Under the pieces are notes generated by a model. The model was not told the DNA's origin. It was given only the letters and a program-made list of their open reading frames with translations, and did no database searches. Made by a program: the position numbers and the translations under genes. From an uncultured Desulfobacter sp. (lineage in GTDB: Bacteria; Desulfobacterota; Desulfobacteria; Desulfobacterales; Desulfobacteraceae), in NCBI GenBank assembly GCA_963665095.1, contig OY762069.1:5472001-5536000 (forward strand): a DNA stretch of 64,000 bases, read 5' to 3'. Of the stretch, positions 29,039-39,500 are shown in pieces; position 1 is the first letter of the stretch; every line of letters begins with the position of its first letter.

Positions 29039-30526
29039 TTACAGGTGACAAAACAGTTCTATGTAAAAATTCAGTCCTTTTTCAATATTCTCAACAGATA
29101 CCTTTTCGTTCACTCCGTGGATGCCTGCAACATCCTTTGATGTGAGTTCCAGAGGGCAGAATCTGAGAACCTGTCTGGTGAGATCTGCGTAATATTTTGA
29201 ATCCGTGGATCCGTTGACAAGATACGGTACCGCAATCACATGGGGATGGGTTATCGCCAGAACCCTGCGGATAAGATTGAAGGCAGGACCGTCCACATCC
29301 CCTGAGGGAATGGGGTCGTTAAACGGCCAGCTGTCTGAGGTTTCGACGCGCAGATCCAATCCTGTCAGGGTGCTGGTGTGGCGCCTGCGGACCGTTTCAA
29401 CTGTGTCACCGGGAAGAATTCTGTGATTGATTTTGCAGAGTGCCTCACTGGGCAGAATATTTTCCTGCTCGCCGGCCCTGAAAACAGTGACTGCCTGGGT
29501 GGTGCGTATCAGGCTGTCTGTGGCCCTGTTTTTTGAGAAAATATAGAGCATCAGGGGACGGGTCAGCCACAGATTGGCAAACAGCATTCCCAGGCTGAAC
29601 GGCACATGGGGTACAAAGCGTTCCAGCATACTGGTCATCACCGGGTCAAGGTGCGCGGGAAAGGGCTTTTTCTCCAAACGGACAATGCCCCGGGCCAGAT
29701 GACCGATGGCGGTTTTCCCTTTATCGGGCATGGAGGAGTGGCCGCTTTCTGCGGCAGCCGAAATGGTAAAAGTGACAAACCCTTTTTCCGCCATGCCCAC
29801 CAGTGCAGCTGCTTTCCCATTGAGAAAGGTCATCTGGTCCGTTGCAATGACGCCCCCCTCATCCAGAACAAATTCAAATTCCAGACCCTGATCCCGGAAC
29901 AGGGCAGCCATGACAGAGGCCCCTTCCACCCCTGCAATCTCCTCGTCGCCGCCAAATGCGAAAAAGATATCCTGTTCCGGCTGCCATCCCCGGGATAAAA
30001 GAAATTCTGCGGTTTCCATCTGAAACAACAGCTGGCATTTAACGTCCAGGGTGCCCCTTCCCCAGAGCACACCGTCCTTTACCACGCCTGCGAAAGGATC
30101 TTCCTGCCAGACTTCATCCCCCTTGTCTTCAGCAGGCACCACATCATAATGGGCCAGGAATAATACCGGCTTTTTCTTAGAATCTTTTCCCTTCCAGTGA
30201 TATATGATGCCAAAAGGACTGATTATACGGCGCGTAAGATGCTGATGCACCAGCGGATACATGGCCTCAAGGCCCGACTGAAATTTTTCAAATATCCGGA
30301 TATCCCGCTTGCTTTTATCTGTCCAGGAGACCGTGGGCATCTGAATCATCCGGGCAAACCGTTGTACCACGCCCGCCACATCCGGCTGCCCCGGGGCAGT
30401 CGCCTTTATCTCTGAATCGGCTGACTGCCCGTAGTACTGTTTCAGTCTGACATAACGAAACAGGCACCCAGAAAAAAGAATAAAGGTCACCAGGATTAAA
30501 CACCACACTGTCAGAACAACAGGCAT
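29039..30526 (-). CDS. M20-family carboxypeptidase (PM20D1/CPS-like), N-terminal membrane anchor
   Basis: LAHYDVVP, WGRGTLDVK, GGDEEI, LDEGG, GHSSMP, GSTDSKYY, IHGVNE. Confidence 0.88.
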   Translation of the reverse strand: MPVVLTVWCLILVTFILFSGCLFRYVRLKQYYGQSADSEIKATAPGQPDVAGVVQRFARMIQMPTVSWTDKSKRDIRIFEKFQSGLEAMYPLVHQHLTRRIISPFGIIYHWKGKDSKKKPVLFLAHYDVVPAEDKGDEVWQEDPFAGVVKDGVLWGRGTLDVKCQLLFQMETAEFLLSRGWQPEQDIFFAFGGDEEIAGVEGASVMAALFRDQGLEFEFVLDEGGVIATDQMTFLNGKAAALVGMAEKGFVTFTISAAAESGHSSMPDKGKTAIGHLARGIVRLEKKPFPAHLDPVMTSMLERFVPHVPFSLGMLFANLWLTRPLMLYIFSKNRATDSLIRTTQAVTVFRAGEQENILPSEALCKINHRILPGDTVETVRRRHTSTLTGLDLRVETSDSWPFNDPIPSGDVDGPAFNLIRRVLAITHPHVIAVPYLVNGSTDSKYYADLTRQVLRFCPLELTSKDVAGIHGVNEKVSVENIEKGLNFYIELFCHL

Positions 30527-30698
30527 ACGCGTACCCCCCTTGGATATCTTTTAACGACAATAAAAAAGACAACAAACATCCGGACGTAAAGGTGAAAGCA
30601 TTGCCTGCGGTTTCCGGCAATGCCGGGGACAGAATCCCGTTTCAGCCTGCTTTGCTATAGGATATCCATGGCTGTTTTGTCAAGAACCGTGGAACTTG

Positions 30699-32108
30699 TC
30701 AGGGATTTATACGTCGTTCCAGGATATCGTACAGCAGGGACGTCACCAGCAGGGCGAATGCCGGGGGTGTTTTCTTTCCAGCCATTGTATTTTTTTTCCT
30801 GGCTGCCTTAAAAAATTCCACACACACACGATGCTGTTTGGCGGTCAGGAAACCCGATATTCCGGCCTTTTCACCTTTTTCAGGAACCGGTTCAGCCCCT
30901 GTTTCCAGAGGTTGACGCCGGCCATGGGCCCGCCGGCTCATGTGGGTATAATAGAGCAGGATCCGGTCCAGAAGCACATAGAGAAACTGAATATTTTCAT
31001 TGGGTCCCACCTGAATCCGGTCTCCCCCAAGCCCTGAAGATGCCTTTGCCAGGCGGCGGATACCCATGAAGGCAGATCCGGCCCCCACAGCAGATCCAAT
31101 GGCCGTAAATATACCGAATGTCAGGCCTGCCGCAGCCGTATCCAGCACAGCCCCCAGGGTGCCGCCCATGACAGCGCCCACCGTGGCGGCCTGGGCCCGG
31201 GTCAGCCCCAGCATCTCCCAGGTCTGTTCTGAAAAAAGATCATGGCTGAGGATGGAATATGCCGGCAGCGGATAATCATACAAATGATGGCGGAACAAAG
31301 AGCGGATCCTGCCAAAGGTGTCGCTCTCAATCCTGCGGATTTTTTCCTGGTACTCCCGGGTCAGGGTCTCTTTCAATGTCACAGGATCCATGTCTGCTTT
31401 TAATTTCCTGGACAAAGAAAACCCTAAAGCCTGTTCAATGCCATAGGTAATGTAGGCGCAGGCCATGCGGTTGCGTTTTTCCCATTCACTGGTAAAGGCC
31501 TGGATCACCCCTTCCATCAACGGTTCAATATCCTGATCAATGGCCTTAAGGCTTTCCAGGAGCCGGATCCGTTCATAAAAATCCGCCTGGTTGGAGTTAA
31601 ACACCCGGATGACGTTAAAAAATTTCCTGAACTCCTCTTTCCACATATCCGTGTAATCCCGGGCCTCGGTCTTGGCATTGATGACTGCCATCCGGGGCCG
31701 CCCGGTGAGCCGCAGGATCTCCATCTCAGCCAGATCATCCTCCCGGACCGGCCGGGATCCGTCCACCACATAGATGATGCCGGCCCCATTGGCCACCGGT
31801 GTCATCAGCTCACACTCATCCGCAAAAAATGGATCCTTTTCATGCTCGGCAATGAATCGTTTGATCATGTCCGGCCCGGCATTGTTCCGGAACCAGGCCA
31901 GGGTCTGCCTTGGCACCTGAAATCCCGGTGTATCCACAAACCGGATGATCTGTCGGTCGTCCATGGTAACGGTATAGGCTTTGGATACCCTGGTCTCCCC
32001 GGGCACCGGACTGACCTGGATACGATCGTCTTCGGTCAGGGTGGAAACCACAGACGATTTCCCTTCATTGGGATGGCCCAGTACGGCAAATTCAGGCAGT
32101 CCGCTCAT
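30699..32108 (-). CDS. GTPase with DUF3482-like C-terminus
   Basis: GHPNEGKSS (G1), DTPG (G3), hydrophobic Gly-rich hairpin; ATGA-coupled to the upstream gene. Confidence 0.8.
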   Translation of the reverse strand: MSGLPEFAVLGHPNEGKSSVVSTLTEDDRIQVSPVPGETRVSKAYTVTMDDRQIIRFVDTPGFQVPRQTLAWFRNNAGPDMIKRFIAEHEKDPFFADECELMTPVANGAGIIYVVDGSRPVREDDLAEMEILRLTGRPRMAVINAKTEARDYTDMWKEEFRKFFNVIRVFNSNQADFYERIRLLESLKAIDQDIEPLMEGVIQAFTSEWEKRNRMACAYITYGIEQALGFSLSRKLKADMDPVTLKETLTREYQEKIRRIESDTFGRIRSLFRHHLYDYPLPAYSILSHDLFSEQTWEMLGLTRAQAATVGAVMGGTLGAVLDTAAAGLTFGIFTAIGSAVGAGSAFMGIRRLAKASSGLGGDRIQVGPNENIQFLYVLLDRILLYYTHMSRRAHGRRQPLETGAEPVPEKGEKAGISGFLTAKQHRVCVEFFKAARKKNTMAGKKTPPAFALLVTSLLYDILERRINP

Positions 32109-33877
32109 GGGGACACCCACCTTTCAATGATCATTTTTGGATCGTTGAGCTGACTCACAGCTGTTTTCCACACCTGAAAATTTACATCCGCGGTTTCCAC
32201 ATCCATGTCGCCCTGGTCCAGGGTTTGAACCATGACGATCCACAAGGGGGCGTGGGGAAAAATATGCTCTCGAATCTGGACAAAATAGTAGAGCAGGCCG
32301 CGAATGGGCGGCTGCCAGACCTCCTGGAGCAGGACCACAGGCCCTTTGCCATGATCCCCGGAAAGGAAGAGAAGTGTTTCCCTGTCTGCCTCAAAATCAA
32401 ATTGAATGCCGGCAGTTGACGCCACGTTGACACCGAACTGTCGCTCTATGGCATCCTGAATTTTTTGCATGTTATTGCCCTGAAAGCCCCTGTCTGATCC
32501 AAGGACCAAGGCGCCAGTTCTGTGAGTTTCAGTCTGGCTGACAGGTTGGGGAGCATTTGCATTTTCGCAATTTTCCCTGCTGTTTGTATTTTCACAGGCT
32601 TCAGAAGGGCAGGGGGGCTCAGTGATTGCACCAGGGAAGTCTGACTGCACATCTGAGGGTTCAGGTTCATCCCCGCAGCCGGCTGAGCCTTTATCCGGCT
32701 GAGGCATAATCACCTTCTGCCCTGTATCTTCTTCAACAGGCATGGTGACAGGCCGGGGCAAAGGCCCTCTGAACGTGGCCCGGGTACCGCCGGTTTCCAT
32801 GATATCCGTACCCATACTGGGGGTACGCATCCTCATGATTAAACGCTGGTATCCCGGCATGGACAGATCAAACCGGGCCAGGGTGATATTTCGTGCAGCA
32901 TGGGCCAGGCCCACCAGGATGATTCGCGGCATGAGCGCATACACCAGCATGCCCATGCATAAAAACGGCCACCAGGCTGCCAGGTGTTCGCTGGCCAGGC
33001 CGGCAATGCCCTCCTTGAGGATAATCCGGCTGCCCTCAATCTGTTCCAGGCCGGGCACGGCAAACCCATCCGGCATAACCCAGGACCAGGGCAGGGCCAT
33101 CCAGGAGACCAGATGATGAACAGTGTCGCCTGAGGAGATCAGGGTGGACTGCCATCCAAAGGCCAGGTCCGTCACCATGATCCTGAAAAACGTTCCTGCG
33201 AAAGCCCCGACAGAAAAGCCCAGCGCCCCCAGGGAGAGTGCAATGAAAACCGGCCAGAACAACATACGCCGAAAGGGCCTGGTATCCAGATGCAGCAGCC
33301 GGTTTGCATCCTCGGGCAATTCCGGGAGATGTGATTTAACCGGCGCTGCCCATTTTCGGACCCGGTCCGCAAATTTATTAAGAAATATCCCAAGAAACAG
33401 GCGGTGAAGCACGCCGCTCCAGCTGCCCCCGGCCGCCCCTGACCTGAACTGGGCCAGGCCCAGCAATCCCGCAGACAGACAAAGCAGGGCCGGAAAAAGA
33501 ATAAACACAGCAATGAACAGGGTCACATTCACCGGCCGGCTGCCATGGTACGCCAGAAACGTATAGGCCCCCATCCCCCCGGCGGCAAGACCACAGGCAG
33601 ACACCCCCCGGGCCGTCCAGGTGTAGAAAGTGTCGAACAGGGCTCCTGGCAGCCTGGCACCGGGTCCGCCATTACCGGTCTCGTGGAAAAACAGCAGTCG
33701 TCGGTACTCCAGCCATCCGGCAATAAGGCCTGCGTCATCCAGCTTATCTCTGTTTGCAAGCTGGCGATAGATATCTCTGTCCCTGGCGGAAATGGCGGCA
33801 TTATCACCACTGTCCGGCCCCTCATCCATGCCAAGGAGAAAATCAAGGTCAATAATATCTTTCAAAGGCAGCATCAT
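32105..33877 (-). CDS. DUF2868-like membrane protein
   Basis: Several TMs, DLAFGWQSTL, LPWSW, IEGSR, WWPFL, EVWQPP motifs. Confidence 0.78.
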   Translation of the reverse strand: MMLPLKDIIDLDFLLGMDEGPDSGDNAAISARDRDIYRQLANRDKLDDAGLIAGWLEYRRLLFFHETGNGGPGARLPGALFDTFYTWTARGVSACGLAAGGMGAYTFLAYHGSRPVNVTLFIAVFILFPALLCLSAGLLGLAQFRSGAAGGSWSGVLHRLFLGIFLNKFADRVRKWAAPVKSHLPELPEDANRLLHLDTRPFRRMLFWPVFIALSLGALGFSVGAFAGTFFRIMVTDLAFGWQSTLISSGDTVHHLVSWMALPWSWVMPDGFAVPGLEQIEGSRIILKEGIAGLASEHLAAWWPFLCMGMLVYALMPRIILVGLAHAARNITLARFDLSMPGYQRLIMRMRTPSMGTDIMETGGTRATFRGPLPRPVTMPVEEDTGQKVIMPQPDKGSAGCGDEPEPSDVQSDFPGAITEPPCPSEACENTNSRENCENANAPQPVSQTETHRTGALVLGSDRGFQGNNMQKIQDAIERQFGVNVASTAGIQFDFEADRETLLFLSGDHGKGPVVLLQEVWQPPIRGLLYYFVQIREHIFPHAPLWIVMVQTLDQGDMDVETADVNFQVWKTAVSQLNDPKMIIERWVSP

Positions 33878-33967
33878 GACCGTTTTTTAACAGATCATTG
33901 CACTTTTCTCAATCCGGTTTCTTTCAGGACGTAGAACCGTCACCATCTGAAATAAATTTTAAGTGTT

Positions 33968-35206
33968 TTAAAGCAGGGAAATTACGTCTTCCACAGTGGA
34001 AGTCTCATCAATCACATAACCACCCGAAGCGTGATCTGCAGCAGACGGCATGCCATGGTCCGATGGCGCTTTCATGGCAGATTCCCCTGGCATGGAAGTA
34101 TGTTGAGCGTATTTTGGAATAAAAGAACCATGGGACTGGGGTAATAAGAGAGGAGAACGATAGGTGCGGATTTCCGACATCTCCTCTGACGGCCTGAAGC
34201 TGATAGACGGAGGGGTCATTTTCTTTTTGAACCTGATAAATTCAGACTCATATTTTTCCATGGTATACAGACCATCCTTACGCCCGGTCTGCAGGATACT
34301 TTCAATATGGGAAAACCGGTTGTCCCGAATGACTCCTTTTACCGCGTTGATCCCCCGCAGCACCGACAGCACCGGCACCCTGAATCCAAATTCTTTTATG
34401 TAATCAAGCCGCTGGACCAGGAGGAGGGAAAGTACGGAGGATAGCTGGACCCGTACCATCTCCTGGGCATCCGGGGGAAAGGAGTTGCAGAGCCGGTACA
34501 GGGCATCTTCGGAATTGGAGGCATGGATGGAGGCAATGACCAGATGTCCGGACTCCACGGCATTCAGGGTCAGGCGAATGGTCTCAGGCTCCCGCAGCTC
34601 GCCCACCATGATCACATCCGGGTCCTCCCTGAGCACATCTAAAAGGCCCTGCTCATAACTCATGGTATGCAGCCCCAGCTCCCGCTGCTGGATAAAGGAA
34701 CTCTCGGATTTGAACCGGTATTCAATGGGGTCTTCCAGGGTCACAATGTGCCGGCTCTGGTTCCGGCAGATCTCCCCTAGGAAAGCGGCAATGGTGGAGG
34801 ACTTCCCGGAACCCGTGGCCCCGCACACCAGGATCAGCCCTGTGCGCTGGGAAGCATACTCTCTTAATTCAGGCAGCAGGTTCAAATCATCAAAACTGGG
34901 GATTTTACCCGGCAGAAGCCGGACAGCCAGACTTAAGCCCCGTGAGGCGTTGAATACATTGACCCTTACCCGGACATGGTTGATGGTCCGGGCCAGATCC
35001 ACGGAGAGCCTGGACTTAAGCATCTCCATCTCATTGGGCCGCAGCATCGCCCTGACCAGGGAATCAATTTGTTCACAGGTATACCATTCGCCGGTGTAAA
35101 TAATTTTTCCGTTTTTCCGACACACCACCTTGTGATCCCCGGAGATGTGAATATCAGAAAAGGATTCCTGAACCCCTTTTTGGATCAGATTATGAAACCG
35201 CTGCAT
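33968..35206 (-). CDS. pilT: PilT/PilU family retraction ATPase
   Basis: SDIHIS, RVRVNVF, GATGSGKSST, TLEDPIEY, LREDPDVIMVGELRE, ESGHLV. Confidence 0.85.
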   Translation of the reverse strand: MQRFHNLIQKGVQESFSDIHISGDHKVVCRKNGKIIYTGEWYTCEQIDSLVRAMLRPNEMEMLKSRLSVDLARTINHVRVRVNVFNASRGLSLAVRLLPGKIPSFDDLNLLPELREYASQRTGLILVCGATGSGKSSTIAAFLGEICRNQSRHIVTLEDPIEYRFKSESSFIQQRELGLHTMSYEQGLLDVLREDPDVIMVGELREPETIRLTLNAVESGHLVIASIHASNSEDALYRLCNSFPPDAQEMVRVQLSSVLSLLLVQRLDYIKEFGFRVPVLSVLRGINAVKGVIRDNRFSHIESILQTGRKDGLYTMEKYESEFIRFKKKMTPPSISFRPSEEMSEIRTYRSPLLLPQSHGSFIPKYAQHTSMPGESAMKAPSDHGMPSAADHASGGYVIDETSTVEDVISLL

Positions 35207-35496
35207 GAATTTCCTTTAAAAAATCAAACAAATATAATGCACTAAAGAGTTAAACGATTAGTATCTGATAGTCATAGTTTTTCCATGCTGTCAACGCATA
35301 AAACCTGATTTAAGTTTCAGGCAGGCTGAATCGGGCCCGACTACAGGTGGCATTTAAGCCTTTCTGGTAAAAATTTGATCCAGTACTCCATATTATGATG
35401 AATATTATTCCACATTTTCTTACTTTTTTTACATAATTATTGAAACATGAATACAATATAGAGTGTTTTATTACCGGTTTTGTGCTATTTATGGAT

Positions 35497-35512
35497 TGGC
35501 ATATATTTTGAA
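35497..35512 (+). promoter_or_regulatory. Possible sigma54 promoter (non-canonical -12)
   Basis: TGGCATATATTTTGAA (GG-N10-GA) upstream of the PEP-CTERM gene. Confidence 0.4.
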
Positions 35513-35623
35513 TAGATAAATTGGTTAAATACTGATTAATTGATTTTCATGGTTTGGGTAAGGCAGTCTGAAAGACTTTTTTGATCTGCTGACAGTTTAA
35601 AAATTTAATTTAAGAGGGAATTC

Positions 35624-36166
35624 ATGAAAAAATTAGGAATTAGCATTTTTTTAGCACTCTTTGTATTGTTATCGTTTGGTATGGCTGGTGCATCAACTCT
35701 AACATTTGATGGTTTGTCAAATGGCTCTTTTTCCAGCTATGGCGGCTTTACATGGGCTAACGCCACGGCTTTAGATGATACGCTTTCCATCAGCCTTGAT
35801 AATACGAATGAGAACAGTGTCACATCTATGAGTTATACCAGCCTGTTTAATGTGACAAGCGCGGACTTTTTATTTTCCGGTACAGGCAGTTTATATGTTA
35901 TTGTTACTGACCAAGATTTTAATATTATAGCATCGATTAATCTATCCGCAGATGTGGCAGCGCCAGATGTTGTTCTTTCAGGCTCTAACATTACCGGACT
36001 TTATTTCGGGGTAGATAAAGGTAATGCGACCATAACAAACATAACAATTGATAACATAGACTATACACTTAATGGCGATACAGTTCCGGAGCCGGCCACA
36101 ATGATCCTTTTTGGCTTGGGTATGCTGGGTATTGCAGGAACTGCCAGAAAAAAAATGTCCGCCTGA
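35624..36166 (+). CDS. PEP-CTERM sorting-domain surface protein
   Basis: Signal peptide, Ser/Thr/Asn-rich body, C-terminal VPEPATMILFGLGMLGIAGTARKK. Confidence 0.93.
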   Translation: MKKLGISIFLALFVLLSFGMAGASTLTFDGLSNGSFSSYGGFTWANATALDDTLSISLDNTNENSVTSMSYTSLFNVTSADFLFSGTGSLYVIVTDQDFNIIASINLSADVAAPDVVLSGSNITGLYFGVDKGNATITNITIDNIDYTLNGDTVPEPATMILFGLGMLGIAGTARKKMSA

Positions 36167-36205
36167 TTTTAAATTTAAAGAAACAGGCTGCTCAGAAAAG
36201 CCGAG

Positions 36206-36248
36206 AAGGCAGATAGGAAACCGGTAATGTTTCCTATCTGCCTTTTTG
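36206..36248 (+). terminator. Intrinsic terminator between convergent genes
   Basis: AAGGCAGATAGGAAAC / GTTTCCTATCTGCCTT followed by TTT. Confidence 0.85.
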
Positions 36249-36293
36249 CATTTAAAATTCCTGCCGAAAAAAAATCAGTTTCTCCCTGAGGGC

Positions 36294-36554
36294 TTATGGG
36301 GATTCAGGCTTTTTTAAATCACCCAGCAGCTTAAATTTTTCTCCCTTGGGAGCCTGTCCTGTGCTCTTTACCGAGGACGATTTCTGAACATTCCCAGTCA
36401 CACTTTGGCTCTGTTCGGTTTTCTTTTTAGAAATATACCTGACAACTTTCCCTTTGTCATTGTAGTAAACATAGGTCCCGGCAAAGGCTGTGCCACAGAG
36501 AAAAGCAAAAAGAAGTCCGGCTGCTCCAGCTGTTTTCCAATATTTTGTGTCCAT
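36294..36554 (-). CDS. Small exported hypothetical protein
   Basis: Signal peptide ending AFA, then GTYVYYNDKGKV; last gene of the minor-pilin run. Confidence 0.55.
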   Translation of the reverse strand: MDTKYWKTAGAAGLLFAFLCGTAFAGTYVYYNDKGKVVRYISKKKTEQSQSVTGNVQKSSSVKSTGQAPKGEKFKLLGDLKKPESP

Positions 36555-36567
36555 TCCATATCTCCTT

Positions 36568-39500
36568 TTATTGCAGGCCGCCAAAGCTGCTTTCCGTATC
36601 CACACCATCAGCATCAACGCCCAGGCTCACGGCAAAATCCGTAAAACTGACCAGAGTCTGGGAACCGTATTCACCGATGTTGCCAAACACGTGAACTGCA
36701 ATCTCACTTCGTTCTTCCTGGGTTCCGAATTCTGTGCCGCTGGGAGAGGTGAACCGGCCTGCTCTCATGGTGTACCCGTTGCTCTGGAGCACGATATCCG
36801 CGGCAGGGTTCACTATCCAGTATTTCATTGCTGTGGTGGCTGCTTCCGGCGCTTCGGCCACAGAAACGTTATCCACCAGGGTAAATCTGTCAATATCATT
36901 GCAACTGCTTCCTGAGCAGCCTGTCCATGTATCAACATCAAATACCGGCCAGATCACATCGTCGGTTGAGATGGGGGTGCCGCCGTGGGCATGGCCCTGG
37001 CCCTGGCCTACAATACTCGTGGAGTTAAGCCTGTACCGGATTGTATTATTATACAGGTTGTCACTTGTTTCGTCTGCTGTAGATGGATTGGCATAATAGA
37101 CATTGATATCATTGACTTTCCGGCCTTCAACTGTTTTTTCATGAACCCTGACCATCAGGGTTGACAGGTCCACAGGCCCCCCGTTTCCGTTTTTAACCAT
37201 ATCTGAATCTGTTGAAATATCTTTATATGCGATCCATCGGCGTTTTTCCGCACCATCCTGAACATATTGCTCCCACAGGACAATCAAAAGCCTGTCATTC
37301 TGTTCCTTGGTGCCGTTAAAATAGGGTTTCATGGAATCCGGAATCATATCGTTTGTATCATTGTCACTGGAGTCAAATTTGAGGAATGAAATCCCATACC
37401 CCGCATACTTTGACTCATTTGACTCTGTGACAGTTTCCCGGTGCCACCTGAAACAGATGCCCGAGGCTGCATAGGCCAGTTCATCGCCCCAGACATGTTT
37501 GACCTGAATGGTGTAACTTAAATAGTGCGGGGTGGAATCCGCTGGCGTAGCCGCCCATTTGGCTGAGATCTCAGCATTTTTATCCAGGGGCAGAATATAC
37601 TCCCCGATCTGGTTGGTTGGAAACCCTAAAAATACAATGGTTCCTTCGTCTCCCACTGCGTATATACCGGTCTGGTCGCTCCCCCAGATGTTATTCAAAT
37701 CTGGAGGGCCGTTCTGGTAGTCGGCAAATTCATCGTCGGCATAGGAGACCAGTTTAAATCCGTCCCCTTTGTTATAGAGAATAGTCGCATTATCCCCGAC
37801 AACATAAAAATCCGTTGCGCTGTTCCCGTATACCCCGTTCAGATTTTCGGTGGTGGGTATATCACCCGGATTCACCTGATTCCATCTATGAGTCCAGTTA
37901 CTATTGTAGCTGTTATAAGTATTGTGATAAATTTTTGCGTCATCTCCCACCGCATAAATATCACCCCATCCGCTGCCCCAGACGCCCCTTAATTTACAAC
38001 CTGATATAACAGCGTAGTTGTAAAATTCATGCAGGATCAACCCGTCACCTGCTTCAAATTCTGGACGCCAGCCTCTGTCTGATTCGGAGAACTCTCCTAC
38101 AATGACATTGTGGTAATCCGTCCCTTGGGAAGTGGTACTGAGATCTTTAGCCCACAAACACCTGAAATTAACTTTTTCATCAAAATCATCAAAATATAGA
38201 GAGCTAATATATAATTCAGAGGCATCGCGATTGTCCCAGTTGAATGGGTTGGTGCCCCCTTGTCCATATCCGTCAAAATGATTTGATGAGGCACCGTCCA
38301 TTCCCCGCCAGGCAGTGCCATTTGCCGCGTAAATATCATATTGTTTCCAGCGGTTAAAGTTCCGGCTGCTTTGATACCAACGCCTTATATAGCTGGCAGC
38401 CCGCCACCCGTTTCCTTCATTGATCAGGCCTATGCCGTCATCCCCTCCTACAAAAATGTGATCCAACTCGGTGGTATCGGCATCCCGTTCAGACGGCAGT
38501 CCCCATATGGCGTTCAGGTTCTTGCCTTGACTGACTGTGCCAACGTCCACAAGGGTAAAATCCGTACCGTTATAATAAATAATGGTGCCGTCATCCCCCA
38601 CAAAATAGATATTATCCGAGGCATTCCCCCATAACCCGTTGAGGTTTTTTCCCCGAACAGATGCCGGCAACCTGTCCTTTTCTATAATTTCCATAGTATA
38701 GCCGGCATCCTGGTCCTCGGAAGAAAAATTCTGGAAGGTAAGAAAATTATCAGAGGTCACTTCTGTCCCGGAAATTTCCACTGTCACTTCCTGGGTGGTG
38801 GTGGTAATCAAATCTTCCTCATCCGTTCGTGGACTGGTACTCTCAAACTCCCAGTTATCCAGCTTTGTATGGCCCTCATCAGAAAAAGTTTCAGCTGTGT
38901 TATTTCCCTGGCCAAGGTCAAGGTCTGAAGATTCATCCGGTGCCACAAATTCTTCATCTGTCAGGTATACGCTGATATCCAGATCCCGGCTTGACTGCAG
39001 GCTGCCGGTGCCTGTGGTGCCTACGGATTCTATCCGGGCCTGCTTTTTAATAACGATCCTGGAATTCGTATCCAGGGAGAGGGGCAATGCTCCGTCTTCA
39101 ACGGCCTGAATGCCTGAGAGCAGGACCCCGCTTTCCGTGTTTTCCTTTCTGCGATAGCTGTAGGTGCCGGAAAAGGAACCTTCATCCAGGTACAGGTCAA
39201 TCAGACCGTTGCGAACAGGCAGCAGGTTGCTCAGGGTGGTATCTGAAAACACAATAAAACTGCCGCCCTCGGATACGGAAATAGATGAGGCGGGTGCAAA
39301 TGCCAGATAAACGCCTGTATTTCTGTCAACACTGACAGCTTCACTGGTGGTCAGGGAAATGGAGAACTGGTCGGATTCATCATCTGTGGCACCAGGGGTT
39401 GCCGTGCCTGAGCTATATTCATAAAACTTATCGGCAATATTGACCATTGGGTCGACGTCGGCTGATGCCTCAAAAGCCGCCAGGGCACTTTGAAAACCGT

